Positions 56,622 through 64,000 of a DNA stretch of 64,000 nt are shown one piece after another. Positions within the stretch are counted from its first letter, which is position 1, and each line of letters begins with the position of its first letter. The notes below the pieces were generated by a model. The model saw nothing but the letters and a program-made list of their open reading frames with translations, was not told where the DNA came from and ran no database searches. The DNA is from Motiliproteus sp. (GTDB taxonomy: Bacteria; Pseudomonadota; Gammaproteobacteria; Pseudomonadales; Balneatricaceae): positions 5,954 through 69,953 of the forward strand of contig JBALVL010000012.1 of NCBI GenBank assembly GCA_036961355.1, written 5' to 3'. The position numbers and the translations under genes were made by a program.

Positions 56622-58202
56622 ATGGCTAATAAATTCGATTTAAATGATGACAGCCTGGTCGTTATTATCGGTTCGGGTGCGGGTGGCGGAACGCTTGCCA
56701 ATGAACTGGCGCAAAAAGGTATTCGTTCGGTGGTGCTCGAAGCCGGTAAACGCTTCAAGATGGAAGACATTGAGAACGACGAATGGAAGATGTTTGGCAA
56801 GATCTCCTGGCTGGATAAACGTAATTCTGAGGGGCCTGCCCGTCTGGCCAAAGATTTTCCTCATCTACCGGCCTGGATTGTGAAAGGCGTTGGTGGAGCA
56901 ACAATGCACTGGGCTGGCGTAGCGATGCGCTTCCAGGAGCACGAGTTCAAGATGAAAACGACCAATGGCACGATCCCCGGTGCGAACGTGCTGGATTGGC
57001 CGATTGATCTGAAAGAGCTGGCCCCTTACTACACTTTGGCCGAGGAGAAGATGGGGGTTTGCGGTACCGAGACCACCGGGATGCCATTCCACGCTAAGAG
57101 CAGTCACTACAAAGTGGTAGCAGAAGGGGCAAAACGCATTGGTGCCAAGTGTGAACAAGCTAACCTGGCGATCAATACGGAGAGCCGCGACGGGCGGCCT
57201 GCCTGTCAGGTTACTGGTTTTTGTATGCAGGGTTGCCGTGTTGGCGCCAAGTGGTCCACCATGTACACCGAAATTCCCAAAGCCGAGGCTACCGGTAATT
57301 GTGAAGTGCGTCCTCAGTCCATGGTGTTGCGAATTGAACACGATAAAACAGGTAAGGTGACCGGGGTGCTGTACGCCGATAAAGACGGCAATCAGCAGTT
57401 GCAAAAAGCCCGTGTTGTTGCCGTTGCAGGTAACTCCATCGAATCACCGCGGATGCTGCTGAATTCGGCGTCCAATCTGTTCCCCGATGGTTTGGCAAAC
57501 TCTTCCGGCCAGGTCGGTCAGAATTATATGACCCACACGACGGGTGGTGTTTACGCCGAATTTGAGAAGCCCGTGCACATGTACAAGAGCACCGTCGTTC
57601 CGGGTGTCGTTAAAGAGTGGCAAGATAATGATCCTTCTCGCGGCCACTATGCCGGTTATGAGCTTGAAATTCTTCACCTGGGGCTGCCCTTTATGTCAGC
57701 CTTTCTAAATCCAGGCGTCAGCGGCTGGGGTCGGGAGGTGTCAGAATCGCTACAGAATTACGATAAGATGGCCGGATTTTGGATCTGCGGTGAAGATATG
57801 GCCGTAGAGTCGAACAACATCACCCTGCACGGTTCGGAGAAAGACCAGTACGGTCTGCCCATTCCTGTGGTACACAAGACCGACCATATCAACGATACCC
57901 GCATGCGCAATCATGCCTACAAGACCTCGAAGGAGCTGTTCGAGTCTGTCGGCGCGCTGAAAGTTAATAACCTGCCAGCCTATCCCGCAAGTCACAACAT
58001 GGGCACCAACCGCATGAGTGAACGTGCACGTGACGGTGTCGTCAATAAATGGGGACAGAGCCACGATGTGAAAAACCTGTTTGTCTCTGACGGCAGTCAG
58101 TTTACCAGCAGCGGGACTGAGAACCCCACTCTGACCATTGTTGCGCTGACCATCAGGCAGGCTGAATTTATTGCTAAATCGATGAAAGAAAAACTTATCT
58201 AA
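56622..58202 (+). CDS. GMC-family FAD-dependent oxidoreductase (large subunit)
   Basis: VVIIGSGAGGGTLANELA FAD motif, C-terminal GMC region ...NLFVSDGSQFTSSGTENPTLTIVAL. Confidence 0.9.
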   Translation: MANKFDLNDDSLVVIIGSGAGGGTLANELAQKGIRSVVLEAGKRFKMEDIENDEWKMFGKISWLDKRNSEGPARLAKDFPHLPAWIVKGVGGATMHWAGVAMRFQEHEFKMKTTNGTIPGANVLDWPIDLKELAPYYTLAEEKMGVCGTETTGMPFHAKSSHYKVVAEGAKRIGAKCEQANLAINTESRDGRPACQVTGFCMQGCRVGAKWSTMYTEIPKAEATGNCEVRPQSMVLRIEHDKTGKVTGVLYADKDGNQQLQKARVVAVAGNSIESPRMLLNSASNLFPDGLANSSGQVGQNYMTHTTGGVYAEFEKPVHMYKSTVVPGVVKEWQDNDPSRGHYAGYELEILHLGLPFMSAFLNPGVSGWGREVSESLQNYDKMAGFWICGEDMAVESNNITLHGSEKDQYGLPIPVVHKTDHINDTRMRNHAYKTSKELFESVGALKVNNLPAYPASHNMGTNRMSERARDGVVNKWGQSHDVKNLFVSDGSQFTSSGTENPTLTIVALTIRQAEFIAKSMKEKLI

Positions 58203-58226
58203 TCTCCCGCCCTGCAGTTCTCTTTT

Positions 58227-58249
58227 GGCGCCTTAATGGCGCCTTTTTT
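58227..58249 (+). terminator. Rho-independent terminator
   Basis: GGCGCC-ttaat-GGCGCC followed by TTTTTT, 25 nt after the GMC stop. A-rich on the 5' side, so potentially bidirectional. Confidence 0.7.
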
Positions 58250-58400
58250 ATGCTTGATAAGATATCTATAGGTGACGCACATCGCGACAGTTTGCTGCGC
58301 TAGGGGGAGTATCGAGTCGAATTTATTGGAGTAAGTTACCCGAATGTGTATACCGGAAGGGGATTGCCAGCGCCTATAACTCACATGAGAACACGGCAGA

Positions 58401-58496
58401 ATTGGACGGCAGACGCCCGAGAGTTGAACAGAAAAGATTATGGATTGAGGTTGTCGATGTTAAGCCTGGAAAGAGATGGCTCCTCGAGCAGGACTC
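58401..58496. repeat. Direct repeat copy B (96 bp); overlaps the 3'-terminal 20 nt of tRNA-Asn
   Basis: Identical to 47051-47146 at a constant offset of 11,350 bp. Confidence 0.9.
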
Positions 58497-58552
58497 GAAC
58501 CTGCGACCAATAGATTAACAGTCTACTGCTCTACCAACTGAGCTATCGAGGA
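58477..58552 (-). tRNA. tRNA-Asn (anticodon GUU)
   Basis: Reverse complement is UCCUCGAUAGCUCAGUUGGUAGAGCAGUAGACUGUUAAUCUAUUGGUCGCAGGUUCGAGUCCUGCUCGAGGAGCCA. It folds as a cloverleaf by hand (7-bp acceptor, GCUC/GAGC D stem, GUAGA/UCUAU anticodon stem, CU-GUU-AA loop, GCAGG/CCUGC T stem, encoded CCA). Confidence 0.95.
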
Positions 58553-58605
58553 ATCATGACGGTTTGACAGAACTGATCTTGGTTAAGATAACCAAGCTGG
58601 AGCGG

Positions 58606-58681
58606 TGGCTCCTCGAGCAGGACTCGAACCTGCGACCAATAGATTAACAGTCTACTGCTCTACCAACTGAGCTATCGAGGA
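58606..58681 (-). tRNA. tRNA-Asn (anticodon GUU), second identical copy
   Basis: Same 76-nt sequence as 58477-58552, separated by a 53-bp spacer containing the hairpin CTTGGTTaagaTAACCAAG. Confidence 0.95.
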
Positions 58682-58831
58682 ATCGCTCAAACCGTGGGCG
58701 CGGATGTTATCGGCCTTTGGTGAGCTGGTCAAGCGGTGTTTTCCGATTCTTAACTTGGCTGTTAATACGACCGCATTGCGTGGCGATAGTCACCTATACT
58801 GCGCCCCTTCTTCTCGCTTGGAAAAATCTTG

Positions 58832-59731
58832 ATGTCAGCTTCGACACGCGGTGTGGCAGGGGCTATTACGGCCTTCTGTCTGTTTGCTTCGTTACCGGTC
58901 TATGTGCAGTTGTTACAGCCATTCTCAGGCTACGCTGCAACCGGTCAGCGTATTGTCTGGACGGTGATTTTGTTTAGCGTATTCCTATTGCTATTTGGGC
59001 GATCAGATCTGCGTCAGATCGGGGGGCATCTACGGCGTTCGCAAAGTTGGCCGGGTTATCTGCTGGGTAGTGCGCTGGTGGGGGTGCAGTTCTGGGCCTT
59101 TATCTGGGGACCGATGAACGGTATGACGTTGGACCTGTCGCTGGGCTATTTTATGTTACCGCTGGCGATGGTGGTTTGTGGTCGTCTGATTTACGGCGAA
59201 CGACTACGTCCGCTGCAGTGGTTAGCGGTAATGTTGGCACTGCTGGGCGTTCTGACGTCACTGCTGCAGTCCGGTGGTATCTCCTGGCTGGCGCTAGTGG
59301 TGGCGTTAGGCTATCCGCCCTATTTTATCCTTCGCCGTTACCAGTCACTGCCGGCCAAGCAGGCGTTTGGCATTGAAAATTTGCTGTTGTTACCGGTAGC
59401 GATCTGGGCGTGTATCTCTTTTGGCGGGGTGGCGCATCCGTTCGCTTATCCGTTGTCTGATATGGTGCTTTTTGCCGGTTTGGGTTTGTTGGGGGCGATC
59501 CCTATGTTGTTATGGATGGGCGCTAGTCGACTGTTACCGCTGGGGTTGTTGGGGTTGCTTGGGTATCTGGAACCGACACTGGTATTCTTCGTCGGTATCT
59601 TGCAGGGCGAACACGTATCTGCGGATGAACTGGTGCTGTATGGCATGATTGTGACAGCGCTGATGGTATTGGGTATCGACGCCGTACTGACGCTGCTAAA
59701 GCGCCGTCGGGCTGGTAGGTTAAGCTCTTGA
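58832..59731 (+). CDS. rarD: EamA/DMT-family transporter RarD
   Basis: ~299 aa, ten hydrophobic segments, RarD-like features (VYVQLLQP..., GLLGYLEPTLVFFVGI). Confidence 0.8.
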   Translation: MSASTRGVAGAITAFCLFASLPVYVQLLQPFSGYAATGQRIVWTVILFSVFLLLFGRSDLRQIGGHLRRSQSWPGYLLGSALVGVQFWAFIWGPMNGMTLDLSLGYFMLPLAMVVCGRLIYGERLRPLQWLAVMLALLGVLTSLLQSGGISWLALVVALGYPPYFILRRYQSLPAKQAFGIENLLLLPVAIWACISFGGVAHPFAYPLSDMVLFAGLGLLGAIPMLLWMGASRLLPLGLLGLLGYLEPTLVFFVGILQGEHVSADELVLYGMIVTALMVLGIDAVLTLLKRRRAGRLSS

Positions 59732-59756
59732 ATTGTTAAGCTCTTGAATTGTTAAG
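59719..59756 (+). repeat. 16-bp tandem duplication (GTTAAGCTCTTGAATT x2.4) spanning the rarD stop codon
   Basis: gttaagctcttgaatt / gttaagctcttgaatt / gttaag read directly. More gaactyTGAATT-like copies follow up to about 59800. Confidence 0.8.
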
Positions 59757-59817
59757 ATAGGTATTATTTTGAACTTTGAATTTCGAACTCTGAATTGACC
59801 GAGGCGTAAGAAAAGCG

Positions 59818-60651
59818 ATGTCCGTCCCCATCAAGCTGTTACTGATCGATGCGATGAATATGATCCGACGTATTCATGCTGCAGTACCCGGAGAGGGTGA
59901 GGCGGCGATGGAGGCGGCACTCACCACCTCGGGTCAGGTGGTGGGGCGGCTGCTGAACCGGTTTGAGCCAACACACGGGGTTTGTGCGTTTGACGGTTGG
60001 GAGAAGAGCTGGCGTCACCAGGAGTATCCAGAGTATAAGGCTGGCCGTAAACCGATGCCCGATACGCTCAAGGCGGGTCTGGATCAGTTTCATCAGTTGT
60101 TTCGTTACAAGGGCTTACTGAGCCTGACCTATACCGACCTGGAAGCGGATGACATCCTGACCACGCTGGCCGTCAAGACGCTCGACGCCGGGGGGCAGGT
60201 GGTGTTGGTGTCGACCGACAAAGGCTTTGCTCAGCTATTGGAACGCACCGCTGAGCAAGGTGCTGAGCGGTTACTGTTGTGGGACCACTTTGGCCGGCAG
60301 CAGATCGATCAAGATTTTGTTGAGCGCCGCTTCGGCGTGCAGCCGGTACAGTTGTGCGATTTCCTGGCGCTGTGTGGCGATACCACCAATCACATCCGGG
60401 GTGTCGACGGTATCGGGGCCAAAACTGCCGCCAAATTGCTGGCTCAGTACCGCTCACTGGAGGATATCTACGCCAATCTGGCGCAGCTGCCTGAAAAACA
60501 GGCGGCAAAGCTCGAGGGCCTTTGGAGCCAGGTCGAGCAGGCACGGCGGTTGGTTCGCTTACGCACTGACCTGCAACTCGATTGCACGTTGCGTGATTTT
60601 CGCCTCGGCGAGGTGATCGCGGCGCCGATTACCCGTTCAAACGCCGGATAA
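59818..60651 (+). CDS. xni: Flap endonuclease Xni (ExoIX, 5'-3' exonuclease family)
   Basis: LLLIDAMNMIRRIHA N-terminus, LEADDILTTLA, VSTDKGFAQL, H3TH region LCGDTTNHIRGVDGIGAKTAAKLL. Confidence 0.9.
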   Translation: MSVPIKLLLIDAMNMIRRIHAAVPGEGEAAMEAALTTSGQVVGRLLNRFEPTHGVCAFDGWEKSWRHQEYPEYKAGRKPMPDTLKAGLDQFHQLFRYKGLLSLTYTDLEADDILTTLAVKTLDAGGQVVLVSTDKGFAQLLERTAEQGAERLLLWDHFGRQQIDQDFVERRFGVQPVQLCDFLALCGDTTNHIRGVDGIGAKTAAKLLAQYRSLEDIYANLAQLPEKQAAKLEGLWSQVEQARRLVRLRTDLQLDCTLRDFRLGEVIAAPITRSNAG

Positions 60652-60891
60652 CTTTTATCGGTCATCTTTTGTGATGAAAGTCATCCCTTTTGCCGTTGTT
60701 ATTAACAACGCAAAAACGATTGTATCGTTCGATTAGAAATGGTTTTTCTTTTTGCGGTCGCGGCTTAGCCAAAACTGCTCCTTTAAGGGTGCTTTGAGCC
60801 CTTAACCTTGGGTATCAGTTTGGGGTAGAATCCGCTCTTTCGTAGTGGTTTCTTACAGGCCTTATGCCTTCGTGTCGACTTAGGGAAAATC

Positions 60892-62385
60892 ATGCTGTTC
60901 AACAAGCTGCCTGACGAGCTATTTTTGCCGTTGTCCGGTCAGAATCGCCAGATCTATCAAACGGTTTTGATCGAGCTGGCGGATCTGTTCTTTGATGAAG
61001 ATCTGATCGATCCGTTTATCCCCAAAGATCTGGTGCGCTCGACCATCGAAGAGGCGGTGGTTAAACACGGTATTCGTAGCTGGGCGCACGAGCCCGAGGA
61101 TGAGCCGGAAGGCCGGTCGGAAACAACCGAGCCGATGGCTATCCCCAAAACCAGCGCCGACTATACCAACCGGATCTATCGCCGCCTGGTTAAGACCGGC
61201 TGGCTCGACGAAGAGCAGCAGTTGTACCGTACCTATGTGCTGATGGCACCGTCGGTCAGCCATGTGTTGCGGACGTTGATCGATGTTGCCACCTTCCAGA
61301 AGAAGAGTTACGGCGGCGCGGTACTGAACGTACTGAGCTCGGTAGAGGCGGCGATTGCCGATCCTTCCGGACGGGGACTGACATTGCAAGAGGCGGCACG
61401 AACCTCGGCCAAATTCAGTGCTCACCTGACCGATATGCTGCTGGGACTGCGCGAGCTGCGCCAAAGCTTTGCCGAGTCGACCAACCCGCAGGATATCGTG
61501 CGCGGTTTCTTCGAACACTTTGTTGAAGCAATTCTGGTCTCCGACTACAAAACGCTCAAGACCCACAACAACCCGTTCCGGTTCCGGCGTCAGCTATTGT
61601 CGATGCTCAAAGAGCTGCAGTTTGACGAGGTTAAGCGCAACCAGTTGATCGACCACTATCAAGAGGTGTTGGAGCTGACCCATGCCGAGGCCGAGGCCAA
61701 GGTCGATCAGCATATTTCGCGCATCCTGCGGATCTTTGAATCGGTCGATGAGCGGCTGGCCGCGATCGATGATTTCCGTTACCGGTTGGAGAAGCGGGTT
61801 TCCGATACCGTGCGTTACATGGATAAGACCACGCCGGGCATGAGCGCACGGCTTTCCAGGCTGATTGCGAAGCTGGCTGAAATCGACGAGGCGCAGATTC
61901 CGACAGTGCAAACGTTAGAAAGTTACGCTTTTGTGTCGCCGCGTAGTATCCGTTCGGCACCACGTCGACGTACACCCCCGAGCCTGAAGATTATCCAGCA
62001 ACAGGTGATCGACCCCGAGGTGTTGGAGCGGCGTCATCGCTTTAAGGAGTACAAGGACCGTCGTCAGATCAATGGCGTCAAACTGGAAAATTATATCGAA
62101 GGTCAGCTGGGCAGCGCCGACAGTTTACGGGCCGAAGAGTTTCGGATCGATTCGATCGAAGATTACATCGCCTTTAGTTACGTGCGCCATATGGCGTCAT
62201 TGGGCAAGAAGGGCAAGAACCTGCACGGCAAATATCGGATCGAGTTCGATCCGGGCTATATCGCCGTCGCCGATGTGGTGGAGTGTCGGGGCTTCTCGCT
62301 TCATCGTGACAAGCAACTTGATCGTGATAAAAAAACACGCCAGACGAATACCGTAACCGAATCCAAAGGACAGACCGCATGCTAG
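60892..62385 (+). CDS. jetA: Wadjet/Mks system first component (JetA/MksF-like, kleisin-type)
   Basis: 497 aa, called mainly from context: first of three translationally coupled genes, followed by a JetB-like and an SMC-like ATPase gene. I did not recognise a definitive motif by eye. Confidence 0.5.
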   Translation: MLFNKLPDELFLPLSGQNRQIYQTVLIELADLFFDEDLIDPFIPKDLVRSTIEEAVVKHGIRSWAHEPEDEPEGRSETTEPMAIPKTSADYTNRIYRRLVKTGWLDEEQQLYRTYVLMAPSVSHVLRTLIDVATFQKKSYGGAVLNVLSSVEAAIADPSGRGLTLQEAARTSAKFSAHLTDMLLGLRELRQSFAESTNPQDIVRGFFEHFVEAILVSDYKTLKTHNNPFRFRRQLLSMLKELQFDEVKRNQLIDHYQEVLELTHAEAEAKVDQHISRILRIFESVDERLAAIDDFRYRLEKRVSDTVRYMDKTTPGMSARLSRLIAKLAEIDEAQIPTVQTLESYAFVSPRSIRSAPRRRTPPSLKIIQQQVIDPEVLERRHRFKEYKDRRQINGVKLENYIEGQLGSADSLRAEEFRIDSIEDYIAFSYVRHMASLGKKGKNLHGKYRIEFDPGYIAVADVVECRGFSLHRDKQLDRDKKTRQTNTVTESKGQTAC

Positions 62386-63110
62386 GTGATCTTAAAAAAA
62401 TTCTCAGTCGTGTCGATCAAGTCGACGCCGAGGACTTCACACTGGCCGCCAACAAGCTGCTGGTTAGCCAGTTCTTGTACGCCGACAAACCTTCGCACCG
62501 GCCGCATTACTTTTTGATCACTAACCATATTGGTTATTTCAGTAACCTTTTTGAGGCGATCGGCTGGTCACTGACCCATCAGACGGACGAATCCTATGTC
62601 GGACTGATCCCCAAAGGCGAAGAGCGTTACCTGCGGTTGCGGCTCGACGAATCGCTGTTCCTGCTGTGTCTGCGCCAGCAGTACGAGCAGAAGCTGGAGA
62701 ATTTTGACGTCGAGGGCGGCAAAGCCTTTATCGCCTCTGATGATCTGTTGCGGCTGTACGAGAGCCTGACGGCGAAAGAGATCCCCAACGAGACTCGCTT
62801 TAAAGAGATTCTGAGTCTGTTTAGTCGCCACGGTGTGATCGAAAAAGGTAAACCGGCGGAGACCGAACCCAAGAATATTCCGTTGATGATCAACCCATCG
62901 ATCCGGCAGGTGGTGGTCGAGGATTGGGTCACGCAGCTCGAAGGGCTGGCCGACACGAATGAGGCGGAAGAGAGCGACGAGCAAGATGCGCTGGAGCAGG
63001 AGCAGCTAGCTCAGCAGGACGCAGAAACTGCGCCACCGGCTGTTGCAGCAGCGTCAGCGTCTGAGGCTGCTGAACCAGCGGCAGAAACAGAAGCGGAGAC
63101 CGCCCAATGA
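62379..63110 (+). CDS. jetB: Wadjet/Mks system second component (JetB/MksE-like, DUF4194-like)
   Basis: 243 aa with an acidic Ala/Glu-rich tail. Overlaps the upstream stop by 7 nt and the downstream start as ATGA. Confidence 0.55.
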   Translation: MLGDLKKILSRVDQVDAEDFTLAANKLLVSQFLYADKPSHRPHYFLITNHIGYFSNLFEAIGWSLTHQTDESYVGLIPKGEERYLRLRLDESLFLLCLRQQYEQKLENFDVEGGKAFIASDDLLRLYESLTAKEIPNETRFKEILSLFSRHGVIEKGKPAETEPKNIPLMINPSIRQVVVEDWVTQLEGLADTNEAEESDEQDALEQEQLAQQDAETAPPAVAAASASEAAEPAAETEAETAQ

Positions 63111-64000
63111 AACTGTTAAACAAGATCGTACTGGTTAACTGGTATGTACTCGGCGCCGTAGAGATCCCGATTCGGGGCAACGTCGCGATTGTTGGCCCCA
63201 ACGGTTCGGGTAAGTCATCACTGCTGGATGCAATTCAAACGGTATTGGTCGGCGGTAACAAACGCTATCTGAGCTTTAACGCCAGTGCCGGACAAAAATC
63301 CGAGCGTAGCTTGCGTACCTATTGTCTTGGCTTTCTCGATGACAGTACCGGCAAAGGCAAACTGGCGCGCGAAGACTCGATTACCTACCTGGCGCTGGAG
63401 TTTAAAGACGAAGATTCGGGCCAGGTCGATACGGTAGGGCTGGCGATCAGTGCTTCGTTGTCATCACCCGATGAGGAGATCGAAGGGCGTTTTATCCTGC
63501 CCGACACCTCGGTCAGCCTTGATGACTTCACCGCCCAGGTTAATGGCGGGCGTATCCCCAAAAGTTGGAGCGATGTCCGTGATAGCCTGCGGCAACGCTG
63601 CCCGGCGATTACGCTGGAGAAGCGTACCAGTCGTTTCCTCAAGGAGATGATGGAGCTGCTGTCGGAAGATGGCAACATGCCGATCGATGGCGATAAATTC
63701 CTGAAAAACTTCCGCAATGCGATCAAATTTACCCCGATCGACAGCCCCACCCGCTTTGTTCGCGAGTATGTGCTGGATCAAAAGCTGGTGCAGGTCGGCG
63801 ATTTCCGCAAATCGCTGGAAGAGTACCGGGCGATGGAGGCCAAGACTAAAGAGGTGGCCGCCCGCATTGAAGAGCTGGATAAGGTACAAGAGCTGTGTGT
63901 TGGGGTGAAACGCAACGCCAAGAACAGCATTGAATACGAGTGGGTGGTACACGAATCCCGTTTTGAAGCGGCTGACCTGAAGAAGGAAGCGGTCGAGGAG
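63107..64000 (+). CDS. jetC: SMC-like ATPase (JetC/MksB-like), N-terminal ~298 codons; continues beyond the window
   Basis: Absent from the ORF track because it is open-ended. My translation from ATG 63107 is [50 protein letters not shown]... (Walker A), followed by a coiled-coil-like region ([26 protein letters not shown]), with no stop up to 64000. Confidence 0.75.
   Translation, partial: MKLLNKIVLVNWYVLGAVEIPIRGNVAIVGPNGSGKSSLLDAIQTVLVGGNKRYLSFNASAGQKSERSLRTYCLGFLDDSTGKGKLAREDSITYLALEFKDEDSGQVDTVGLAISASLSSPDEEIEGRFILPDTSVSLDDFTAQVNGGRIPKSWSDVRDSLRQRCPAITLEKRTSRFLKEMMELLSEDGNMPIDGDKFLKNFRNAIKFTPIDSPTRFVREYVLDQKLVQVGDFRKSLEEYRAMEAKTKEVAARIEELDKVQELCVGVKRNAKNSIEYEWVVHESRFEAADLKKEAVEE

Larger units (their letters stand above)
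47051..58496. mobile_element. Putative tRNA-Asn-associated genomic islet bounded by 96-bp direct repeats (no integrase or transposase recognised)
   Basis: Direct repeats sit exactly 11,350 bp apart. The right copy overlaps the intact tRNA-Asn 3' end and the left copy carries only the terminal 20 nt. The cargo is a self-contained sigma-54-regulated catabolic module. Confidence 0.45.

Noticed and set aside
47147-58400. Looked for an integrase, excisionase, transposase or IS ends inside or beside the repeat-bounded segment.
   Set aside because: None of the translated ORFs shows tyrosine or serine recombinase or DDE hallmarks, so the element is reported only as a putative islet with moderate confidence.
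60694-60710. 17-bp palindrome CGTTGTTATTAACAACG between xni and the jet operon (possible operator or xni terminator).
   Set aside because: No T-tract follows it, and no cognate regulator or second copy was seen in the window. Noted but not called.
60919-61566. 215-aa minus-strand ORF, and similar antisense ORFs at 62568..62984, 63464..63952, 44609..45193, 45690..46262, 56865..57404 and 15471..15884.
   Set aside because: All lie opposite longer ORFs with recognisable domains or operon logic. They are treated as shadow ORFs.

Overview
About 64 kb of chromosomal DNA from a moderately GC-rich Gram-negative bacterium. From gene content (TRAP transport, sigma-54 regulation, Xni, RarD, MCP) I infer a marine-type gammaproteobacterium. 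All calls rest on reading the supplied ORF translations and the raw sequence; no searches were run. Left to right: (1) a periplasmic binding-protein gene with an in-frame stop in its signal peptide, then an SDR oxidoreductase; (2) a six-gene, translationally coupled MoxR / DUF58 / DUF4381 / VWA / VWA-TPR / BatD (Bat-like) operon on the minus strand; (3) a Cache-GGDEF diguanylate cyclase; (4) a 10-kb, eight-gene plus-strand operon encoding a coiled-coil protein, two large TPR proteins (one a ~1250-aa lipoprotein), a small secreted protein, ExbB/TolQ, two ExbD/TolR and a TonB/AgmX-like protein. It has no TonB-dependent receptor and resembles the core of the Myxococcus Agl-Glt machine. This is the best candidate for an uncharacterised envelope system; (5) housekeeping and accessory genes: yqjG-like GST, pirin, LysR, a CDGSH-glutamate-synthase-domain fusion, CBS, MocR-type regulator, two GNATs, an orphan, MCP; (6) a carbon-metabolism block of pyk-gap, an AEC transporter, a LacI-type repressor, and a TRAP transporter with the ltnD-otnK-otnC-otnI tetronate (L-threonate/D-erythronate) pathway plus a gluconokinase. 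These promoters share AGCGCTAACA operator-like sites; (7) an 11.35-kb segment bounded by perfect 96-bp direct repeats, one of which overlaps the 3' end of a tRNA-Asn gene. It carries a sigma-54 activator, a secreted VOC protein, a HupE/UreJ-like membrane protein, an acetoin-dehydrogenase-like E1ab with a split E2 and its own lipoate ligase, and a two-subunit GMC dehydrogenase. No integrase is visible; (8) two tandem tRNA-Asn(GUU) genes, rarD and xni; (9) the start of a Wadjet/MksBEF-like jetA-jetB-jetC operon that runs off the right edge. Several short tandem repeats and palindromic operator candidates are listed separately.
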